Shown piece after piece: positions 59,133 through 64,000 of a stretch of 64,000 nt of DNA (positions are counted from its first letter, which is position 1; each line of letters opens with the position of its first letter). Below the pieces are notes generated by a model, which made no database searches, was not told where the DNA came from, and worked only from the letters and a program-made list of their open reading frames with translations. A program made the position numbers and the translations under genes. Source of the DNA: Bdellovibrionales bacterium (GTDB lineage Bacteria; Bdellovibrionota; Bdellovibrionia; Bdellovibrionales; JAMPXM01); NCBI GenBank assembly GCA_043739185.1, contig JAYUEN010000155.1:1-64000 (forward strand). Direction: 5' to 3'.

Positions 59133-60228
59133 GACTTTGGGTGAATCGCATTTTGAAAAACTCATTAGGGAAAAGACTCCTTTAATTGATGTTCGGGCGC
59201 CGGTTGAGTTTGCATTGGGTAGTATTCCAAATGCTATCAATATTCCAATCTTAGATGATGAACAGAGAGCATTGGTTGGAACCGAATACAAAGTGAATGG
59301 ATCTGAAGCAGCACTTCGTTTAGGACATGAACTTGTTTCGGGTGATTTGAAGAAGCAGAGATTAAACGCCTGGAGTGAATTTGTTGGTTCAAACCCAAGC
59401 AGTATTCTCTTTTGTTTTCGGGGAGGAAAGCGTTCACAAATTTCTCAGGAATGGTTGGCAGAAGCTGGCGTAAATCTGGCACGTATTGAGGGCGGATATA
59501 AGAAATTTCGCAACTATCTGATGCAGGCAATTGAGGACTTTTCTGTAGCACAAAATTTTTTGCCAGTAGCTGGCCCCACTGGAAGTGGAAAAACCATTCT
59601 GATAAATGAGTTGCGAGGGCTTTATCCAGCCATTGACCTTGAGGGTCTAGCCAATCATCGCGGATCGGCCTTTGGCTCGATGAATTCGCCTCAACCCACG
59701 CAAATTAATTTTGAAAATAATCTGGGTGCTGAATTGATTATACTCAAGCATCGATGGGGCAATAAAGCGACGCCATTGTTCGAAGACGAAAGTCGACTCA
59801 TAGGAAAAAGCGTTTTGCCCAAACTATTTTTTGAAAAATTAAACGCCTCACCAATTATTTTAGTCGAAGAAGAGTTGCGTGTTCGGGTGCAAAATATTTT
59901 TAAGGATTATATTTTGGATTCAGCGATTGCAGGGGAGGACAGCGGGAAGGCCCAGTCAGTTTTTGCGAGGTATCGCAAATCTCTCTTGGCAATTAGTAAG
60001 AAATTAGGCGGCGAAAGAACCACTGAAGTTCTTGGGCTATTAAATTTTAGTGAGAGCCAATTTCTACAAAATAAATCTCTTGAATCCAATCGAGCATGGA
60101 TAGAAAAACTCTTGATCTACTATTACGATCCACTTTATCTTGCGAGTTTGGAGCGCAGAAAATTGCAAATCGTTTTCAAAGGAAAGCGCAAAGACTGTTT
60201 TGATTATTTGAAAAATCAAATCAAGTAA
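59122..60228 (+). CDS. mnmH: tRNA 2-selenouridine synthase
   Basis: Rhodanese DVRAPVEF, CFRGGKRS; P-loop GPTGSGKT; DLEGLANHRGSAFG; YYDP.Y; overlaps selD. Confidence 0.95.
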   Translation: MKLETLGESHFEKLIREKTPLIDVRAPVEFALGSIPNAINIPILDDEQRALVGTEYKVNGSEAALRLGHELVSGDLKKQRLNAWSEFVGSNPSSILFCFRGGKRSQISQEWLAEAGVNLARIEGGYKKFRNYLMQAIEDFSVAQNFLPVAGPTGSGKTILINELRGLYPAIDLEGLANHRGSAFGSMNSPQPTQINFENNLGAELIILKHRWGNKATPLFEDESRLIGKSVLPKLFFEKLNASPIILVEEELRVRVQNIFKDYILDSAIAGEDSGKAQSVFARYRKSLLAISKKLGGERTTEVLGLLNFSESQFLQNKSLESNRAWIEKLLIYYYDPLYLASLERRKLQIVFKGKRKDCFDYLKNQIK

Positions 60229-60256
60229 AGGCCTTAGATAAAATATTAATGATCAC

Positions 60257-61441
60257 TTAGGGATGCCCTTGTCTACTTTTTTGCGAGGCCGTGTTTAAAG
60301 GGCGAACAGGTGCGTGTTCATCTTCATCATTTAGCCCTGAGCAATTCATAATTCCGTGAGGCATAACCAAAGGAACATTGATATCATCAAGCGCGAGGCC
60401 CCGATCTATGGCGTCTACACCAGTGCGTCCTTCAAACAGATTACTAATTAAAAAGCTTAACACGCCAATTCCGTCGGGCGGCTCTTCTTTGCTCTTTAAG
60501 AGAAAATCCATAATCAAATAAAAATATCTTAAAGTGGCAGAGCGTGCGAGTACTGCAGTTGACTTCAAGGCATCTTCTTTAAATTCTTCACTGGGCAAAA
60601 ACTGTGCAATCACGCGCTTTATGAGATCAAGAGGATTGCCGATCCAAATGTCATCGCGAAAGTCTGCGATCGCATGCGTACAAGTAGGAATTCGAGTGTC
60701 TCGCGAGCGTCCATAGTAGCAAACATTAATTAGATTGTGATCTTCGTTGTCGTCTTCGCGTTTTGTATGTGCATTTGAAAAAGAGTCCTGAATGGTATGA
60801 GAAGCATGGCCAAAGAGAAACAGGGCGCTTCGAATTTTACCAAGATGCCAAAGGTTGAGACCGTCGACGCTGCTTTTAATAATGTTTGCGCGTGCCGTTT
60901 CGCAGGTTTTTCTCTGAGAAACTAAGATGTCGCCATCATCTATATTACGTAAGAAATGCAATACCTGAACGCTTGGATTATTGGTCCAGCTTCCTTTGTA
61001 ATCGTGATACCAGTTTGGTAAATTGAAATATTCGACCAAATTAAAAGGTAGGTCTGTTGCATAATTCCCTCTGATAATTGCATTTTCGGTGGTCAAACCA
61101 CTGGCGCCGATGAAACTGACTTCTTTCTCGGTTAGTATTTCGGGGCTTAAGTTATCTAGATTGATGTTTTTTGATTTGAAATACTTGTCCAAAAGGACCA
61201 AGCTTTGCCGGGTGATTTCCTCGTGGCCACTGGTGACTCCGGTCACTATTCCTATTGGTAAAATCGGAATGTCCACTGGGATAGACACGGTAAATGCAGA
61301 GGCAAACTGGCAAAAAACCAAAACACAAAACAATATTGAAAAGGATCTCATGCTAGGATTCCTAGCAGGCCTTGTGCCACTGGATCTTAGGATTAGTGGC
61401 TTTTTAACTGCCCTTAATATAAAGCCAATTCTCTTTTTCAA
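60257..61441 (-). CDS. Secreted Het-C / Zn-phospholipase-C-like protein (likely start near 61351)
   Basis: Signal peptide MRSFSILFC...ASA; HEEIT; D..HF; ALFLFGHASHTIQDSFSNAH. Confidence 0.6.
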   Translation of the reverse strand: MKKRIGFILRAVKKPLILRSSGTRPARNPSMRSFSILFCVLVFCQFASAFTVSIPVDIPILPIGIVTGVTSGHEEITRQSLVLLDKYFKSKNINLDNLSPEILTEKEVSFIGASGLTTENAIIRGNYATDLPFNLVEYFNLPNWYHDYKGSWTNNPSVQVLHFLRNIDDGDILVSQRKTCETARANIIKSSVDGLNLWHLGKIRSALFLFGHASHTIQDSFSNAHTKREDDNEDHNLINVCYYGRSRDTRIPTCTHAIADFRDDIWIGNPLDLIKRVIAQFLPSEEFKEDALKSTAVLARSATLRYFYLIMDFLLKSKEEPPDGIGVLSFLISNLFEGRTGVDAIDRGLALDDINVPLVMPHGIMNCSGLNDEDEHAPVRPLNTASQKSRQGHP

Positions 61442-61543
61442 TAACCTCAGCTTTTATTACTATGAAAGGATTATAATCCAGGTGACTATATATGTAATTT
61501 CGGCATGGTTTCTGTCGTCGGCTTTAAGTTAAGGGAGAATCTT

Positions 61544-61885
61544 ATGGGAAGTATTTTTTTACTCTTCGGATCTAATATTTTTATGACATTTGCATGGTAC
61601 GGACATTTAAAAAACCTAAGGGATAAGCCACTTTATATTGCCATTTTGGTTAGTTGGGGAATTGCACTTTTTGAGTATGTATTGCAAGTCCCGGCAAATC
61701 GTATGGGCGCAAAGATTTTTAATTTGGGACAACTCAAAATCACGCAGGAAATTATCACCATGATTGTCTTTGCTTTGTTTTCTTATTTTTATATGAAAAA
61801 GCCTCTGACTATAAATTATCTGTGGGCCGGACTTTGTTTAATGGGGGCTGCGTTTTTTATTTTTCGCGATGGGTTGAACTCTTAA
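61544..61885 (+). CDS. DMT-superfamily small membrane protein (DUF486)
   Basis: SNIFMTFAWYGHLK, SWGIALFEY.LQVPANR, QLKITQE. Confidence 0.9.
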   Translation: MGSIFLLFGSNIFMTFAWYGHLKNLRDKPLYIAILVSWGIALFEYVLQVPANRMGAKIFNLGQLKITQEIITMIVFALFSYFYMKKPLTINYLWAGLCLMGAAFFIFRDGLNS

Positions 61886-61963
61886 AACTGAGTCCTTAGA
61901 TTGTAAAGCTTAGATCACTATTTGGCCTTTACAGTTTAAGGGCCCAGTTTTATAATTTTAAGA

Positions 61964-62647
61964 ATGAAAAATAACCTCATCGCCCTTCTTCTCTTCTTAA
62001 GCTCTTTAAGCCTATACGCAGCCGATATCAAAACCAATGCGGTTCATATGGCTGATGCACCGGATTGGGTTACTCCCGGAAGAATCAATTCGGTAGTTGA
62101 ACATATCCAAAGTATTTTAGAGTGGGATATTCGCCGAATTGAAGTCACCTGGTACAAAGACCAGGGCGCCTTCGAAAGAGTTCATGGTCTAGGGCCCTTG
62201 GTTTTGGCGATGTCGCGAAAATCTGATAATAGTGTTCACCTAGGTCCGAAAATCAAAAAAGAAAATTTCGAAGCAGTGTTTGGACATGAATTGGTGCATA
62301 TTATTTCCTATCAAAAGTATAAAGAGGCTATACCCAAATGGTTAGAAGAGGGGCTGGCAAATCATTTAAGTCATCTTGCAAAGGTTGACTACAAATGGCT
62401 TGCTGCCCATCCTGCGCCCAGCGATGTTCGTGATTTAACCCATCCATTCAGCGGGTCTGAAGATCATGTTCATTATCACTATATGGCTTCGCAAGCTTTG
62501 ATGGAGATGATTGCAAGTAAATGTGATTTGGCCAACCTCTTGCGCCTAAGTGTTCGCCGAAAACTTGAAGACAAGCTCGATACGCTTTGTGGAATAAAGG
62601 ATATCACGAAGGAATTTAATTTATGGGTAACGAAACGGAATCACTAA
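61964..62647 (+). CDS. Secreted gluzincin-type zinc metallopeptidase-like protein
   Basis: Signal peptide; HELVH followed by PKWLEEGLA. Confidence 0.75.
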   Translation: MKNNLIALLLFLSSLSLYAADIKTNAVHMADAPDWVTPGRINSVVEHIQSILEWDIRRIEVTWYKDQGAFERVHGLGPLVLAMSRKSDNSVHLGPKIKKENFEAVFGHELVHIISYQKYKEAIPKWLEEGLANHLSHLAKVDYKWLAAHPAPSDVRDLTHPFSGSEDHVHYHYMASQALMEMIASKCDLANLLRLSVRRKLEDKLDTLCGIKDITKEFNLWVTKRNH

Positions 62648-62720
62648 ATCAGGTTTTTTTGTATGTTCATCGAAGAATCTCGGCACATTTTTAGAGTGCA
62701 AGGGCTTCTTGCTGTTCTCG

Positions 62721-63182
62721 CTAATCTTGTTTGGCTTTAGATTCGAGCTCTTTGATGCGTTTAACAACTTTGTTATAAGAAGCCGCTACTTCTAAAAAAT
62801 AATCGCCTTTGCGAAAGCGAAGTTCCTTAAGTTCTTCGTTGTCCTGCAGAGACTCCATATGGCGAACAAGTCTATAAATAGGTCCGACGACCCTGTTCGA
62901 GATGACAATACCAAAAAAAATCAAAAGTCCTACTAAAATCATGAACATAAAGAACGCACCAATGTCGAATTTTGAAAGTGGATCCTCACCGGCAGCATTG
63001 AGTGCGACGATTCGATCAAAAAAACTCGATGCTAAAATTCCTGACGAGAAAAATAATATCCCCATGGCCAAAGCATAACCAACAAAGACTTTTTGGATCT
63101 TTGAATTTACGATCAGTTGCCGTTTCGTCCAATTCTGACGAGATGGTTTTTTCGATTTCACTACATTGCTATGGTCGTTCAT
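62721..63182 (-). CDS. Two-TM membrane protein with HAMP-like linker
   Basis: Q..F, two TM helices, SNRVVGPIYRL...RKGD...A..YN. Confidence 0.7.
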   Translation of the reverse strand: MNDHSNVVKSKKPSRQNWTKRQLIVNSKIQKVFVGYALAMGILFFSSGILASSFFDRIVALNAAGEDPLSKFDIGAFFMFMILVGLLIFFGIVISNRVVGPIYRLVRHMESLQDNEELKELRFRKGDYFLEVAASYNKVVKRIKELESKAKQD

Positions 63183-63304
63183 TTGTCACCCGCGTATTTC
63201 TCATATTATAAACGCATTTAAACTAAAATACTTTCAAAATCTTTTTCTACATTCTTTCAGTTAATTCTTATTGACACAGTTATCTATATAATTACTCTGA
63301 AACG

Positions 63305-63901
63305 ATGCTAATAAGAAATCTATTCTATCTATTGATCGCTTTTGTGGTTTTTTCCTCGCTGGATTCACATGCTGAGTCAAAGTCCAGTCCGATAACAAAG
63401 AAGTTAATAAAGCATCCTGTTGAAACCCAAAATCAGGTTATTTTTTTGCAAAATGATATCGATGATATCGGGCCCGACCTAAAAAAAATTAGTTTAGCTG
63501 CAGAAGAACTAATGACCAAAAATGGATTTAAATTTGATCTACATGCGCAGGTGGCGATTCCAAAGTCCAAAAACTTCCGTCCACGTCTAAATACGAATAA
63601 AGTGGTCACTGAAAAATTGAATGTCGTAAAGTTCTTACCAGACGAGGTATCTACTATTGATACATACTATCTTTTAACCCTTAAGTGGACTGAACCAAAG
63701 CTTGAGAATGTTTATTATACCGCCAACCTGAGGTTTGTCTCAAAAAATCCAATTATCCCAAGTAGAACAATTTTTGAAAAAAAGTTGAGCCTGCCCATGA
63801 GTCAGCTCCCAAGCTCCGGAATGAATCAGTTTCCCCACCAGGCAATGGCTCAAAAGGTTTATTTTGAGACCCTAGAAAGTCTTTCTGGAGAATGGAAATA
63901 A
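63305..63901 (+). CDS. Hypothetical exported protein
   Basis: 198-aa ORF with signal peptide ending SHA. Confidence 0.6.
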   Translation: MLIRNLFYLLIAFVVFSSLDSHAESKSSPITKKLIKHPVETQNQVIFLQNDIDDIGPDLKKISLAAEELMTKNGFKFDLHAQVAIPKSKNFRPRLNTNKVVTEKLNVVKFLPDEVSTIDTYYLLTLKWTEPKLENVYYTANLRFVSKNPIIPSRTIFEKKLSLPMSQLPSSGMNQFPHQAMAQKVYFETLESLSGEWK

Positions 63902-64000
63902 GAATTCTTATTTTGAGATATATTTAGATAGTTTCTTAATTGCATCCAATTTTGAACATTTAAATGAAATAACTATTGAGTGCGATCACACAATGTTATC

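Overview
A gene-dense, AT-rich chromosomal segment that looks like a Bdellovibrionota (Bdellovibrio-like predator). This is inferred from gene content and order, not from a database search. It holds tandem type IVa pilins, a complete gspC-N type II secretion operon, tpiA, ilvA, a degenerate hydantoinase/oxoprolinase pair, hisC-cmk-rpsA, a YkuD+NTF2 peptidoglycan enzyme next to fliL, an M16 peptidase pair, nusB, an archaeal-type topoisomerase VI operon (top6B-top6A), tpx, a large repetitive secreted protein and selD-mnmH(selU). I saw no rRNA, tRNA, CRISPR array, integrase or transposase. The most unusual structure is a mirror-symmetric locus at about 21.9-22.6 kb. There a four-helix-bundle (TIGR02436/IVS/Avd-like) gene sits head-to-head with an unannotated, internally deleted inverted copy of itself. 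The two copies share perfect blocks of 32, 31 and 19 bp that would bury the ribosome-binding site in a long hairpin, and both outer ends carry degenerate repeats of about 7 nt. A similar heptamer tract lies between gspE and gspF. Other notable items are a probable AUU start codon on ilvA, an ERIC-like fold-back element after rpsA, a cysteine-less glutaredoxin, a secreted Het-C/phospholipase-C-like protein, and sigma54 and sigma28 promoter matches.
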